From assembly GCA_963779415.1 (NCBI GenBank), contig CAVZYA010000002.1:1312001-1376000 (forward strand): a stretch of 64,000 bases of DNA, in the 5' to 3' direction. The notes beneath the pieces are model-generated. The model did not search any database. It saw nothing but the letters and a program-made list of their open reading frames with translations, and was not told the origin of the DNA. The position numbers were made by a program, and so were the translations under genes. The stretch is from an uncultured Acidobacteriota bacterium. GTDB lineage: Bacteria; Acidobacteriota; Thermoanaerobaculia; UBA5066. Positions 20,170 to 32,391 of the stretch are shown here, piece by piece; positions within the stretch are counted from its first letter, which is position 1; every line of letters starts with the position of its first letter.

Positions 20170-20203
20170 CCGGGAGGGCCTCGTGCCCTCCCGGTTCTTT
20201 TCT
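20170..20203 (+). terminator. Intrinsic terminator
   Basis: CCGGGAGGGC-ctcgt-GCCCTCCCGG followed by TTCTTTTCT. Confidence 0.75.
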
Positions 20204-20228
20204 CTTCGGGCGGGTAACATCGCCCGCC

Positions 20229-21991
<1,763 letters not shown>

Positions 21992-21995
<4 letters not shown>

Positions 21996-22912
21996 ACGGC
22001 GGACGCGACCTTTTTTCGCCGCGTCTCGGGCTGACGCTGCCGCTCTGCGGGCTCAACTTCATCTTCTTCTTCCTGATCCAGATGAACCCGGAACGGGCCC
22101 TCGGGCTCTTCGCCTTCCAGCCGGCCCGCGCGCTCTCCATGCCCTGGACGTTCGTGACGTACCAGTTTCTGAACACCGGGGCGCTCGGCCTCTTCTTCGG
22201 GACGATGATGCTCTACATCCTCGGGATGGCGCTCGAGACCGAGTGGGGGACGCCCGAGTTCACCCTCTTCTGGCTCGTCGCGACGCTGGGGGGCTCCCTC
22301 TCCGGGTGGCTGACGGGGGGAGTCCTGACGAGCGGCTGGCAGGTCACCGGCGTCTCGATGCTCTTCGCCTACGCATACCTCTTTCCGGAGACGCAGTTTC
22401 TGATTTTCTTCGTCGTCCCCGTGAAGGTGAAATGGCTGGCGTGGCTCGGAGCGGGGCTTCTCGCCTGGACCCTTCTCGGAGCGACGCTCTCGGGGCGCTT
22501 CGGCGCGGGGCTCGCGAATCTCGTCGGCGCCTCCGCGGGGTTCCTCTGGTTCTGGATCCGGCATCGTGGGCTCCAGAAGGCGAAGCGGGCGCAGCGCGAC
22601 GCTCTCGCGGCCGTCAAGTCGGCGGGCGCCTTCCGCGAGGACGCCGCGCTCGAGCGGCGAAACCGCACTCTCTTCCCGAAGGTGGAGGAGCTGCGCGCGT
22701 CCGCCCGCGCGGGAGACGAGCTTCCGCCGAAGTGGAAGGCGTTCGAAGCGGAGCTCGCGACGCTCGTCGTCCCCGGCGTGAAGATCTGCAAGCCCGTCGA
22801 CTTCAAGGGGGACAAGGACGGGATCTGCCTCAAGTGCGAAGGCTTCGCCGAGTGCTCGCTCCGTTACGTGAAGGGGGAGCCGGCGGAGATCGTGATGAAG
22901 CCCAAGGAATGA
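21992..22912 (+). CDS. Rhomboid-fold membrane protein (probably catalytically inactive) with C-terminal Cys cluster
   Basis: PWTFVTYQFL, G.ALE.EWG..F and PVKVKWL; C-x12-C-x2-C-x5-C tail. Confidence 0.6.
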
Positions 22913-22931
22913 CCCCCGTTAGAATCGTCCC

Positions 22932-23507
22932 GTGCTAGCCCTGATCCTCGCGCTTTCTCTCGCGACGGCCCCACCGGTCGCGACCCCTTCGCCCGCCGGG
23001 GAGACGTACGCCGTCGTCCCGTCGCCGATCGCGGGCGTTCCCCTTCCGCCCGGCGGCGCGGTCGACCCGGACCTGACGAACGTCCGGAAGAAGCAGGCCG
23101 ACGCCGAGAGGCAGCAGGCCCTGGACCGACTCGACGCGGACCGGAGCCTTCCGGCGAAGGAGAAGGCGGCGATCAAGGGGAGGCTCCTCCAGATGAAGGT
23201 GGTCGTCATGACGACGGCGGTTCCTCTGGAGGAAGTGGCCTCGTTCTACGAGCGGACGGTGCCGCGGGCCGAATTCGCCTTCGGGGTCCGCGACCTCCAG
23301 GCGGACCTCAAGGAGGCGATCCGCGCCGGCGCGATCCACGCGGGCCCCGAACAGCTGCGCGAGGCGGCGGGGAAGATGGGCCGCTCGGCGCGGTGGACGC
23401 GCGAGGCCGAGCGTCTCTCGATCGCCATCGAGGACGGGTTCCTCGACCCTCGCGACGGGCGGATCGTGCCGAAGACCGTGGTTCTGGTCACCTCCTTCGG
23501 AAACTGA
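22932..23507 (+). CDS. Hypothetical exported protein
   Basis: Signal-peptide-like N-terminus; ORF fits between neighbours. Confidence 0.6.
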   Translation: MLALILALSLATAPPVATPSPAGETYAVVPSPIAGVPLPPGGAVDPDLTNVRKKQADAERQQALDRLDADRSLPAKEKAAIKGRLLQMKVVVMTTAVPLEEVASFYERTVPRAEFAFGVRDLQADLKEAIRAGAIHAGPEQLREAAGKMGRSARWTREAERLSIAIEDGFLDPRDGRIVPKTVVLVTSFGN

Positions 23508-23511
23508 GCGG

Positions 23512-26193
23512 GTGGAAGGACTCTTCCCGGCCGCGACGCCGGCGTACCTCGTCGTGGCTCTTCTCTGGGGAAGCCTTCTCGTCGCCTCCTTCGCCGGCTG
23601 GGGCACCCTCCTCCTCCGGCTCCTCTCTCCCGGACGGACCCTCGACGCCGGCCTCCGCTCGGCGCTCGGCCTCGCGCTGACGGTGGCCGTCGGAGGGCTC
23701 TTCAACCTCGCGTCGTGGATCTCCCGGACGGGCGTGCTGCTTTGGGTGACCGGTGGTGTCGGGTGGTTCGTCGTTGATTTTCTTAGAGGAAGAAAGAGAA
23801 TCTCCGCTTCCAGCGAAGTCGCGCGCGAACAAACCGGACCGATCGGCTTCGTCGCGCTCGGTCTCGTCGCCGTCCTGGCGCTCGTCCTCTTGGCCGGATC
23901 GGTGAACGGCCGGATCTGGGCCGGGTACGAGTACCGTGACTTCGATCTTCACGACGACGAGCAGTCGTACCTCGTCTATCCGATCCGAATGCTGGAACGG
24001 GGGGGACTCGGCGCCGATCCGTTCGATACACGGCGGCTCGTCGTCCTCGGGGGGCAATCGCTCCTTCAGGCCTTCGTCGCCGTCCTCTTCCCGCCGCGCA
24101 CCACGCACCTCCTCGACGCCGGGGTCGGCCTCCTCGTCTCTCTCGGCGTCCTCTGGGGCGCGGGCCGGGGGTCGGGGCTCTCCCGGGCTCCGGCGTCGCT
24201 CCCGCTTCTCGTCCTTCTCCTCCTTCCGGTCGCGACGGCGCGCGGCAACACGACGTCGCTCCTCACGGGGACGGCGCTGCTCCTCGCGGCGTACCGGCTC
24301 GTCGACGAGCGACCGCTCGCCGATCTTCCCCTGCTCCGCCGCGCGATCCCTCTCGGGCTCGTCGTGGCAGGGCTCGTCGCGCTGAAGACGACGTTCCTGC
24401 CCGTCGTCGTCGTCTTTCTCGCGGTCGATGCGCTCCTCGGGTTTTCCGCCGGAAAGGGACGCGAGCGGCTCGTGGAGGCTCTTCTGGGAGGAGGGCTCGC
24501 GGTCGTGGCGCTCTTCCCCTGGATGATCTCGACGAAGCTCTCCTCCGGCACGCTTCTCTTCCCGCTCCTCGGACGGGGCTTCCAGGGGACGGTCCCGTGG
24601 GGCGGGATCCCGGGGATCCCCAGGGAAGCGCTCGACGCGCAGGTGAACCGCCTCGCTCTTCTCGTTCGGAGCTTCGTCCCGGCTCTCCCCGTCGCCCTTC
24701 TCGCGGGAATTGCCGGGTTCCTCGGGCGGCGGACGGCGGCGGCCTTCGGCCTCTCGGTCTTCGTCCTGCCGGCCATCCTTCGTTTCGCCGGAGACCCGTT
24801 TCTCGAGAGGAGCCTCGTCCGCTACGCTTTCCCCGCGGTCGCCGCCGCGATCCCGCTTCTCGTCGCCGCGTCGCTCTCGTCGTGGGCCGACAGGCCGAGC
24901 GGCCGATCGCGACTTCTCGCCGCCGCCTCGCTCCTCGTGACGGCGGCCGTGCTCTGGTCCTCGAGAGGGGATGCGATCGGCGCCTATCGCGAAGCGTTGA
25001 AGAGCGTCCGTTCCGCGATCTCCGGACGGCCGCTCGTCGACGAGGGCCTCGTCGCGCATCTCTCGACGCTTCTCGTCGGGGTCCCGTCCGAGGCCCCGGT
25101 CCTCGTCCGGGTGACACGCCCCTACCTTCTCGACCCGGCGGCGCACCGGCTCCTCCTCGAGACGATTCCCGGATTCTCGAGCCCCCCTCCCGGGATGCCG
25201 TTCTTCCGCGGCCCGGAGCCGCTTTCCGACTACCTTCTCGCGGAGGGCGTTCGCTACCTCGCGTACGGCGACCGGCGCGGCGGCGGGAGCCTCCTCGAGC
25301 TGACCGAGGACACCATCCGTTTCCGTTATCCGCTCTCGAAGAGCCGCTGGGCGCTCCTCTCGTTCCACCGGGACTTCCACCGGAACGTCCGGGAGCTGTC
25401 GTTCACGCGCCTCCGCCTCGCCGACCGCCCCGACGCCTTCGTCCTCGACCTCGGCTCCCGTGCGCTCCGTCTTCCGATCCTCGAAGCGCCGGAGAGGCTT
25501 TCGGGATTCGATGCCGACGGGAGGATGGAAGGGACGGCGCGGATCCGGCTCGACTACGACCGCGCCGAAGGGGACCGGTTCCTTCGGGTCGTCTTCCCGG
25601 AACGGCCGACTTCACCGGGCATTCGCGGGTTCCTCGACGGCACGCCGCTTCCGGTAGTCCATGACGACGGAACGGGAGTTGTCTTCGATCTCTCCGGTGT
25701 GTCGAAGCGAATCGGGACGCTCTCGCTCGAAGGCCCGCCGGCCGAGGTGACCGGCGTCGCGACCGTCGCGCGGCCCGAGGAGGCCCCCCTCGTCGGGCCG
25801 CCGCCGCAGCTCGTCGAAGGCCCTCTCGAGATCGCGGCCGTCTCCTGGAAGTCCGGAATCTGGGGCGACCGCTGGACGAACGGCGACGCGCTCCTCTCGA
25901 ATCTCGACTGGACTCCGAAGCCGGGAGAGACCGATCTCGTCCTGGAGCTTTCGGCCGGACCGCCCGGGGCGCTCGAACAGGCGGACGTCCGCGTCCTCGT
26001 GAACGGCGTGCCGCTCGAACGTGTCGGCGCCGCGGGCGGCGACTTCCGGTTCCGGCTTGCTCCGGATCGGCGGCCGATCCGGCGGATCCGGATTCTCTCG
26101 AAGACGTGGGTGCCGAAGGAGGCGGGGCAGAGCGAGGACGCGCGGCGCCTCGGTGTCACCGTGGCCCGCGTGCGCCTCGCTCCTCCCGGCTGA
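23512..26193 (+). CDS. Large polytopic membrane protein (GT-C-like) with soluble C-terminal domains
   Basis: Many TMs, HDD..Y loop and C-terminal RWT.G...D.R.LGV domain. Confidence 0.65.
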   Translation: MEGLFPAATPAYLVVALLWGSLLVASFAGWGTLLLRLLSPGRTLDAGLRSALGLALTVAVGGLFNLASWISRTGVLLWVTGGVGWFVVDFLRGRKRISASSEVAREQTGPIGFVALGLVAVLALVLLAGSVNGRIWAGYEYRDFDLHDDEQSYLVYPIRMLERGGLGADPFDTRRLVVLGGQSLLQAFVAVLFPPRTTHLLDAGVGLLVSLGVLWGAGRGSGLSRAPASLPLLVLLLLPVATARGNTTSLLTGTALLLAAYRLVDERPLADLPLLRRAIPLGLVVAGLVALKTTFLPVVVVFLAVDALLGFSAGKGRERLVEALLGGGLAVVALFPWMISTKLSSGTLLFPLLGRGFQGTVPWGGIPGIPREALDAQVNRLALLVRSFVPALPVALLAGIAGFLGRRTAAAFGLSVFVLPAILRFAGDPFLERSLVRYAFPAVAAAIPLLVAASLSSWADRPSGRSRLLAAASLLVTAAVLWSSRGDAIGAYREALKSVRSAISGRPLVDEGLVAHLSTLLVGVPSEAPVLVRVTRPYLLDPAAHRLLLETIPGFSSPPPGMPFFRGPEPLSDYLLAEGVRYLAYGDRRGGGSLLELTEDTIRFRYPLSKSRWALLSFHRDFHRNVRELSFTRLRLADRPDAFVLDLGSRALRLPILEAPERLSGFDADGRMEGTARIRLDYDRAEGDRFLRVVFPERPTSPGIRGFLDGTPLPVVHDDGTGVVFDLSGVSKRIGTLSLEGPPAEVTGVATVARPEEAPLVGPPPQLVEGPLEIAAVSWKSGIWGDRWTNGDALLSNLDWTPKPGETDLVLELSAGPPGALEQADVRVLVNGVPLERVGAAGGDFRFRLAPDRRPIRRIRILSKTWVPKEAGQSEDARRLGVTVARVRLAPPG

Positions 26194-26196
26194 GCG

Positions 26197-26817
26197 TCAC
26201 CCTTCGAGCTTCGGCTCCTTCGGCGCCGCCGGCTGCTTCGCCTTCCAGTAGCTGAAGATCTGCCACGCGCCGAAGCCGATCAGCAGGATCGGCCAGAAGT
26301 CGAAGAGGAACGAAAGGTCGATCCGGAACCAGCGGTCGAGGAAGAAGAAGAGCCCGACGAGGACGAGGAAGATCCCGAAGGTGAGGCTCCCGCTGAAGTT
26401 GAGCGGCTTCTCGTTCGGCAGGAGGTTCGACTCGGGCGCGCCGGTCGCGTTGATCGCCTTCGCCTGGCGGACCGCGTCGATCAGGACGAAGAACCACCAG
26501 AACGGGATCATCAGCCCCGCGGGCCCTCCGGCGTGCGAAACGACGGAGATCACGACCACCCAGACCGCGAAGAAGATGACGGCCCGCTGGTAGAGACCGA
26601 GGTAGACGTGCCCGAGCCCGGGGATCACGGAGAGAAAGCCCGCAGCCGCGGGGTTCTTCACCTGCGGATGCGGCGGGGCCACGGGGGCCGCCGGCGCGGC
26701 GTACGCGACCGGAGGCGGCGGAGCAGGCGCGGGCGCGGGGGGCGGAGCCGGCCAAGAGGGGGCAGGAGCCTGGGGGTTGGCGCTCGGCGTCGGGTTCATG
26801 TCGCTCATCGTCATCAC
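26197..26817 (-). CDS. LiaF/LiaI-like (DUF5668-type) membrane protein
   Basis: IPGLGHVYLG and GIFLVLVG.FF...FWPILLIG.G; downstream of the anti-sigma gene. Confidence 0.6.
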   Translation of the reverse strand: MMTMSDMNPTPSANPQAPAPSWPAPPPAPAPAPPPPVAYAAPAAPVAPPHPQVKNPAAAGFLSVIPGLGHVYLGLYQRAVIFFAVWVVVISVVSHAGGPAGLMIPFWWFFVLIDAVRQAKAINATGAPESNLLPNEKPLNFSGSLTFGIFLVLVGLFFFLDRWFRIDLSFLFDFWPILLIGFGAWQIFSYWKAKQPAAPKEPKLEG

Positions 26818-26860
26818 CTTTTCGCGTCCGGGCCTCGCCCGGAAATCGTCGTCTCAATCA

Positions 26861-27691
26861 TCAGGAACGCAAGACCTTTCCGTCAGGTTCCGGCGTCGGC
26901 GCCGGAAGACGGCCGCGTCGTGGATCGACTCGGCCGTCGGGGGGCGCCGAGGAGGGAGTGGCGGGAGTCGGGGTCCTCTCGGAACTGCCGCCGAAGACGT
27001 TGTCGAACGCGACTTCGACGAGGGCTTCGGCGCGGGCCTTTCCCGCGGCGAACGCCCTGTAGATCCGGTAGTCGAGCCTCTCCGGCAACGGCTTTTCCGC
27101 CTGCGCGCGCGCTGCGGCATCGAGGCGCGCGAGCGCCGTCTTTCGCGCGTCCTCGACGGCACGCTCGCCCGCGGACGTGAGGCTCGAGGCGGCGTCCCGT
27201 GCCGCCGACATCGGATCGACGCCGAGGAGCGTGACGATCAGGAGCGTGACGGCGTACGCGACGACCACGGTGAAGCGCCAGTCGCCGAGCCAGCGTCGCC
27301 ACGGCGGTCGGTCGGAGAGCGACGGCTCCCCGACGGCCCCGGCGCGCGTCGGAAGGAATCGGAGTCGCCCCATCAGCTCGGGAGAAGGCTCCGGGAGGGC
27401 GAGCGCACCGGGAGAGAGGAGATCGAGATAAAGCGCCGATTCGCGCCGGGCCGAAAAATCGTCCGGGGGGGTCGCCAGCTTTCGGAGAAGCCGGATCGGT
27501 GCGCGCGGGGGGGTGACGTCCCGGAGGGTCTCCCGGGCGGCGTCGAGGATCGAGAGGAGGGAACGGCACTCTCCGCACCCTTCCGGATGCCCGACTTCCC
27601 CCGAGAAGGGACCGTCCGGCCCGGGCCCGTCCATCCGGGCGAGAAGCGCCTCTTCGAAGGCGCGGCAGCCGGTCGAAGCGGGCGCCGTCAC
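26861..27691 (-). CDS. Putative zinc-binding anti-sigma factor
   Basis: N-terminal C..F...H-x3-C-x2-C (HPEGCGEC) and one TM; overlaps the ECF stop codon by 4 bp. Confidence 0.7.
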   Translation of the reverse strand: MTAPASTGCRAFEEALLARMDGPGPDGPFSGEVGHPEGCGECRSLLSILDAARETLRDVTPPRAPIRLLRKLATPPDDFSARRESALYLDLLSPGALALPEPSPELMGRLRFLPTRAGAVGEPSLSDRPPWRRWLGDWRFTVVVAYAVTLLIVTLLGVDPMSAARDAASSLTSAGERAVEDARKTALARLDAAARAQAEKPLPERLDYRIYRAFAAGKARAEALVEVAFDNVFGGSSERTPTPATPSSAPPDGRVDPRRGRLPAPTPEPDGKVLRS

Positions 27692-28308
27692 GAGGCACCT
27701 CCGGACGCCCGGACGAAGACGGATCCCTGCCCTCCGGCGTTCTGTCCGATTCGATGGCGGATCGCCCTGGCCAGCTCGATCCGGGCGCGGTTGAGGCGCG
27801 ACTTCACGGTGCCGTCGGGAAGACGGAGAAAGTCGCCGATCTCGCGGTAATCGAGGCCGTCGAGGTCGCGGAGGATCACGACCTCCGCCAGCTCGTCCGG
27901 GAGGTCGGCCAGAGCCTCGAGGAGGAAGCGGACCCGCTCCTGCCTCACGGCATTGGCCTGCGGGTCGTCTCCCGAGGGGAGGATGGCCGATACGGCGTCG
28001 TCCGAGAGGAAGCGGAAACCCTTCTCGCGGCGGCGCTTCCGGTAGTGGTCGATGCAGAGGTTGCGGGAAAGGGCGGCGATCCACGCGAGGAGAGACGCCT
28101 CGGTCGGCTCGTACCGGTCGAGGTTCTCCCAGAGCTTCAGGAAGCAGTCCTGGGTCAGCTCTTCGGCCTCGGCCCGGTCGTACGTGAAGTGCCACGCGAT
28201 GGCGTAAACCTTCCGGCCGTAACGATCCACGAGATCGGACCACGCCCCGTCGTCCCCCCGCTGGCAGCGGGTCACGAGTTCGGCGTCGGGATGAGGGGCG
28301 GGCGGCAT
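27688..28308 (-). CDS. ECF RNA polymerase sigma factor
   Basis: DAELV..C.RGD..AW..LV and AEELTQD; region 4 LDYREI...GTVKSRLNRAR. Confidence 0.92.
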   Translation of the reverse strand: MPPAPHPDAELVTRCQRGDDGAWSDLVDRYGRKVYAIAWHFTYDRAEAEELTQDCFLKLWENLDRYEPTEASLLAWIAALSRNLCIDHYRKRRREKGFRFLSDDAVSAILPSGDDPQANAVRQERVRFLLEALADLPDELAEVVILRDLDGLDYREIGDFLRLPDGTVKSRLNRARIELARAIRHRIGQNAGGQGSVFVRASGGAS

Positions 28309-28418
28309 GCTCTCGGAGGGAGTTACGATAAACGCGGCACTTCGGTTCCCCTGCGGTCGGGCGCCGGTACCCGCCCTGCGGACGCAAGTCTATACTCGTC
28401 GATCAGGAAGACGGAGAG

Positions 28419-28967
28419 ATGTCGGTGAGGCCGATTTACGGGCTGGTTCTCTTTCTGACGCTCTTCGCGGCGCCCTTGGCTGCCCAGGCGCCGCCTCCCG
28501 CGCCCGCTCCGGCATGGCGTCCCTTCGCCGAGTTCGCGCCTTTGATCGGATCCTGGTCGGGGGCGGCGACGTCGGGGACGCGGATCGGCGGAGAGGTCGC
28601 GCGCTTCTCGATGGAGCTGGCCGGGACGGTCTTCGTGGAGCGGACGACGACGGTCTTCCCGGCCGAGGAAGGCAAGCCCGAGGAGACCTTCGAGGAACAT
28701 GGCTACGTGACGTACGACCGCGAGAAGAGGAAGTACGTGGCGACCTACTTTTTCTCGACCGGGGTCTTCGGGACGTATGACGTGGAGGTCCTTCCGGACG
28801 GCGGCCTCCGGATGACCGCCGGGGCGCTTTCGAACTACGAGGCGGGCGCGAAGTCCCGGCGCGTCTTCACGCGGAAGGCCGACGGGTCCCTCGACCTCTC
28901 CCTCGACCTCGCCCCGGCGGGGAAGGACTTCACCCCGTTCCTTTCGGGGACGCTGAAGAAGAAGTAG
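28419..28967 (+). CDS. Exported beta-barrel-like hypothetical protein
   Basis: Signal peptide, LIGSW.G motif and YVATYF. Confidence 0.65.
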   Translation: MSVRPIYGLVLFLTLFAAPLAAQAPPPAPAPAWRPFAEFAPLIGSWSGAATSGTRIGGEVARFSMELAGTVFVERTTTVFPAEEGKPEETFEEHGYVTYDREKRKYVATYFFSTGVFGTYDVEVLPDGGLRMTAGALSNYEAGAKSRRVFTRKADGSLDLSLDLAPAGKDFTPFLSGTLKKK

Positions 28968-28990
28968 CCGGAAAGGCCGGCCTCCTCTGC

Positions 28991-29019
28991 TTGACATGTG
29001 CTGCACATGAAACTATGTT
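28991..29019 (+). promoter_or_regulatory. Sigma70 promoter with overlapping palindromic operator
   Basis: TTGACA(28991)-17bp-TATGTT(29014); CATGTGC-T-GCACATG at 28995-29009. Confidence 0.8.
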
Positions 29020-29025
29020 AGATGC

Positions 29026-29256
29026 ATGTCGACGATGGTCCAGATCCGGAACGTCCCGGATGCCGTTCACCGCGAGCTGAAGGCCCGGGCCGCGCTCGCC
29101 GGCCTCTCGCTCTCCGATTTCCTCCTCCTCGAGATGAAGCGGATCCTGGAACGCCCCACACGCGAAGAGCTTCTCCGGAGGATCGCACGCCGCGCCCCGG
29201 TCCTGGGCGGTCCGAGCGCCGCCGAACTCGTCCGCGCCGAGCGGGACGGGCGTTGA
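29026..29256 (+). CDS. FitA-like ribbon-helix-helix antitoxin
   Basis: MVQIRNVPDAVHRELKARAALAGLSLSDFL. Confidence 0.85.
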   Translation: MSTMVQIRNVPDAVHRELKARAALAGLSLSDFLLLEMKRILERPTREELLRRIARRAPVLGGPSAAELVRAERDGR

Positions 29257-29654
29257 TCGTCCTCGACGCCTCGGCGGCTCTGGAGTTTCTGCTTCGGACG
29301 CCGATCGGGCTGAAGGTGGCGGCGAGGATCGCTCCCGCGGAGGAGACCCTCCACGCCCCGCACCTGATAGACCTCGAAGTGGCGCAGGTCCTTAGGCGCC
29401 GCGAGGCCTTGCGGACCCTCTCGCGTTCAAGAGCGGAACAGGCCATTGCCGACTTCTCGGATCTGGACCTCTCGTGCTATCCGCACGACGCCCTCCTGCC
29501 GAGGATCTGGGCGCTCCGGAGGAACGTGACCGCCTACGACGCGGCGTACCTCGCGCTCGCAGAGGCTCTCGACGCCCCGCTCCTCACGACCGACGAGAAG
29601 CTCGCGCGAAGCCCGGGGCACAAGGCGCGCGTCGAGGTCGTGTCGGCGGCCTGA
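29253..29654 (+). CDS. vapC: VapC (PIN) toxin
   Basis: IVLDASA, APHLIDLEV, YDAAYLALAE and LLTTD; 4-bp overlap with the antitoxin. Confidence 0.9.
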   Translation: MIVLDASAALEFLLRTPIGLKVAARIAPAEETLHAPHLIDLEVAQVLRRREALRTLSRSRAEQAIADFSDLDLSCYPHDALLPRIWALRRNVTAYDAAYLALAEALDAPLLTTDEKLARSPGHKARVEVVSAA

Positions 29655-29689
29655 TCGGCTTTCTTGCCGTCTGCTAGTCTGCGCGCCTT

Positions 29690-31525
29690 ATGCCGGGATT
29701 CCGGAACATCGCGATCATCGCCCACGTCGACCACGGGAAGACGACGCTCGTCGACTGCCTGCTGAAGCAGGCGGGGACGTTTCGCGTGAACGAGGCCGTC
29801 ATCGAGCGCGTGATGGACTCGAACGAGCTGGAGCGGGAGCGGGGGATCACGATCCTCGCGAAGAACACCTCGATCCACTACCGCGACACGAAGGTGAACA
29901 TCGTCGACACGCCGGGGCACAGCGACTTCGGCGGCGAGGTGGAGCGGGTCCTGAACATGGTGGACGCCGTCCTTCTCGTCGTCGACGCGGCCGAAGGGAC
30001 GATGCCGCAGACGCGCTTCGTCCTCCGGAAGGCGCTCGAGCTGGGCCTCAAGCCGATCGTCGTCGTGAACAAGATCGACCGCCCCGAGGCGCGCCCTCAC
30101 CAGGTCATCGACCAGGTCTTCGACCTGATGGTCGACCTCGGCGCCTCCGACGAGCAGCTCGACTTCCCGATCGTCTACACCTCGGCCAAGCACGGCTTCG
30201 CGCGGCGCGAGGTGGACCACACCGAGACCGACGTCCGGCCCCTTCTCGACACGATCTTCGTCGAGGTGCCCGAGCCGGTCGGGGAGGCCTCGGCCCCGCT
30301 CCAGCTCCTCGTCTCCTCGATCGACTACGACAATTACCTCGGGAGGCTCGCCATCGGGCGGATCCGGAACGGAACCATCGCGTCCGGCCAGCTCGTCGCC
30401 GTCTGTCGGCACGACGGTTCCATCACCCCGGGAAAGGTGACGAAGCTGATGACGTTCGAAGGGCTCGCCCGTCGGGAGGCCGACGCGGCCCCGGCCGGAG
30501 AGATCGTCGTCGTCGCGGGCCTTCCGGATGTGACGATCGGCGAGACGATCGCCGATCCCCTGAGCCCCGACCCCCTGCCTCACAAGGCGATCGACGAGCC
30601 GACGGTCTCGATGACATTCCGGGTCAACGACTCTCCCTTCGCGGGGCGCGAGGGGAAGTACGTCACCTCACGGAACATCTTCGACCGCCTGACGAAGGAG
30701 CTTCGGACGAACGTGGCGCTCAAGGTCGAGGAGACCGACAGCCCGGACGCCTTCAAGGTTTCGGGGCGCGGCGAGCTGCACCTCGCGATCCTCGTCGAGA
30801 CGATGCGCCGGGAGGGGTTCGAGTTCGCGCTCTCGCGCCCCCAGGTCATCCTGAAGGAGATCGACGGCATCGCGTCCGAGCCGGTGGAGGAGCTGGTCGT
30901 CGACATCCCCGAGGAGGCGACGGGAACGGTCATCGAAAAGCTCGGCCGGCGGAAGGCCGAGATGAAGAACATGACGAACCACGGGTCGGGGCGCGTCCGG
31001 ATCGAGTTCCGGATCCCGACGCGCGGCCTCTTCGGCTACCGGACGGAGTTCCTCACCGATACGAAGGGAGAGGGGCTCCTCTACCACGTCTTCTCCGGCT
31101 ACGAGCCGTGGAAAGGGGACCTCTCCGCGCGGCGCGAGGGGGCGCTCGTCTGCAAGGAAGCCGGGGAGACGACCGCCCATGCGCTCGAGAAGCTGCAGGA
31201 GCGTTCGGTCCTCTTCCTGGCCCCTGGCATCGCCGCGTACGGCGGGATGATCTGCGGCGAGAACTCGCGCGAGAACGACATGGTCGTCAACCCGTGCGTC
31301 AAGAAGCACCTGACGAACATGCGCGCCTCGACTTCCGACATCGCCATCCGGCTCACGACGCCGCGCGCGATGCCGCTCGAGGCGGCCATCGAGTGGATCG
31401 ACGAGGACGAGCTGGTCGAGGTGACCCCCAAGTCCGTCCGCCTCCGGAAGAAGATCCTCGACCACTCGATGCGGAGGGTCTCGGAGAAGCGCGCGATGAT
31501 GGAGGCGACGGAGGGGGACGAGTAG
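29690..31525 (+). CDS. typA: Translational GTPase TypA/BipA
   Basis: [24 protein letters not shown] and KHLTNMRAS. Confidence 0.97.
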   Translation: MPGFRNIAIIAHVDHGKTTLVDCLLKQAGTFRVNEAVIERVMDSNELERERGITILAKNTSIHYRDTKVNIVDTPGHSDFGGEVERVLNMVDAVLLVVDAAEGTMPQTRFVLRKALELGLKPIVVVNKIDRPEARPHQVIDQVFDLMVDLGASDEQLDFPIVYTSAKHGFARREVDHTETDVRPLLDTIFVEVPEPVGEASAPLQLLVSSIDYDNYLGRLAIGRIRNGTIASGQLVAVCRHDGSITPGKVTKLMTFEGLARREADAAPAGEIVVVAGLPDVTIGETIADPLSPDPLPHKAIDEPTVSMTFRVNDSPFAGREGKYVTSRNIFDRLTKELRTNVALKVEETDSPDAFKVSGRGELHLAILVETMRREGFEFALSRPQVILKEIDGIASEPVEELVVDIPEEATGTVIEKLGRRKAEMKNMTNHGSGRVRIEFRIPTRGLFGYRTEFLTDTKGEGLLYHVFSGYEPWKGDLSARREGALVCKEAGETTAHALEKLQERSVLFLAPGIAAYGGMICGENSRENDMVVNPCVKKHLTNMRASTSDIAIRLTTPRAMPLEAAIEWIDEDELVEVTPKSVRLRKKILDHSMRRVSEKRAMMEATEGDE

Positions 31526-31527
31526 CG

Positions 31528-32382
31528 GTGACGGTACCGCTTCGCCACGTCTCCGACACGGCGCTCTGGGTTGCCATGTACCGGGCGCTCGAATCCGAGC
31601 GGCCCGACGCCCTCTTCCGCGATCCGTACGCGCGAAGGCTCGCGGGAGAGCGCGGCGAAGAGATCGTCAGGAAGATCCCGCGCGGCCGGACTCTGGCCTG
31701 GCCCATGGTGGTCCGGACGGCGGTGATGGACGAGATCATCCTCCGGTGCGTGGGTCTGGGGGCGGGGACCGTGATCAACCTCGCCGCCGGGCTGGACACC
31801 CGCGCCTTCCGACTCGCGCTGCCGCCGACTCTCCGATGGTTTGACGTCGACCTCGCAGAGATGACGGAGTACCGGAGGGAGCAGCTCGCCGACGCCCGGC
31901 CCGCCTGCGTGCACGAGCACGTTGCGGCCGATCTGACCGACGTCGGCGCGCTGGCGGCCGTCTTCGCGCGCGCCCGCGATGGAGAAACGCCGGCGATGGT
32001 CGTCACCGAGGGACTTCTCGTCTATCTGACGACGGAGCAGGTGACGACTCTCGGCCGCAGGATCCACTCGGAGCCCGCCATCCGATGGTGGCTGATCGAC
32101 CTGGGGAGCCCGCTCCTCCTGAAGATGTTGAGCAAGAACTGGCAGCCGCACCTCGCCGCGGCAGGCGCCCCGATGCAGTTCGCCCCCGCCGAGGGGACGG
32201 CCTTCTTCGCGCCCCTCGGCTGGGGCGAGGCCGAGTTCCGGTCGACCTGGGACGAGTCGCTCCGGCTGGGGCGGACCGTTCCGCTCGCGGGCCTCTGGAA
32301 CCTGCTCGGAAAGCTCCGGTCCAGGAAGGTTCGCGACGCGTACCACCGGATGTCCGGGATCGTTCTCCTCGAACGATCGTAG
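31528..32382 (+). CDS. SAM-dependent methyltransferase (leucine carboxyl methyltransferase-like)
   Basis: VSDTALW.A.YRA.ES, NLAAGLDTRAFRL and TEGLLVYL. Confidence 0.85.
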   Translation: MTVPLRHVSDTALWVAMYRALESERPDALFRDPYARRLAGERGEEIVRKIPRGRTLAWPMVVRTAVMDEIILRCVGLGAGTVINLAAGLDTRAFRLALPPTLRWFDVDLAEMTEYRREQLADARPACVHEHVAADLTDVGALAAVFARARDGETPAMVVTEGLLVYLTTEQVTTLGRRIHSEPAIRWWLIDLGSPLLLKMLSKNWQPHLAAAGAPMQFAPAEGTAFFAPLGWGEAEFRSTWDESLRLGRTVPLAGLWNLLGKLRSRKVRDAYHRMSGIVLLERS

Positions 32383-32391
32383 ACTCGCGGC

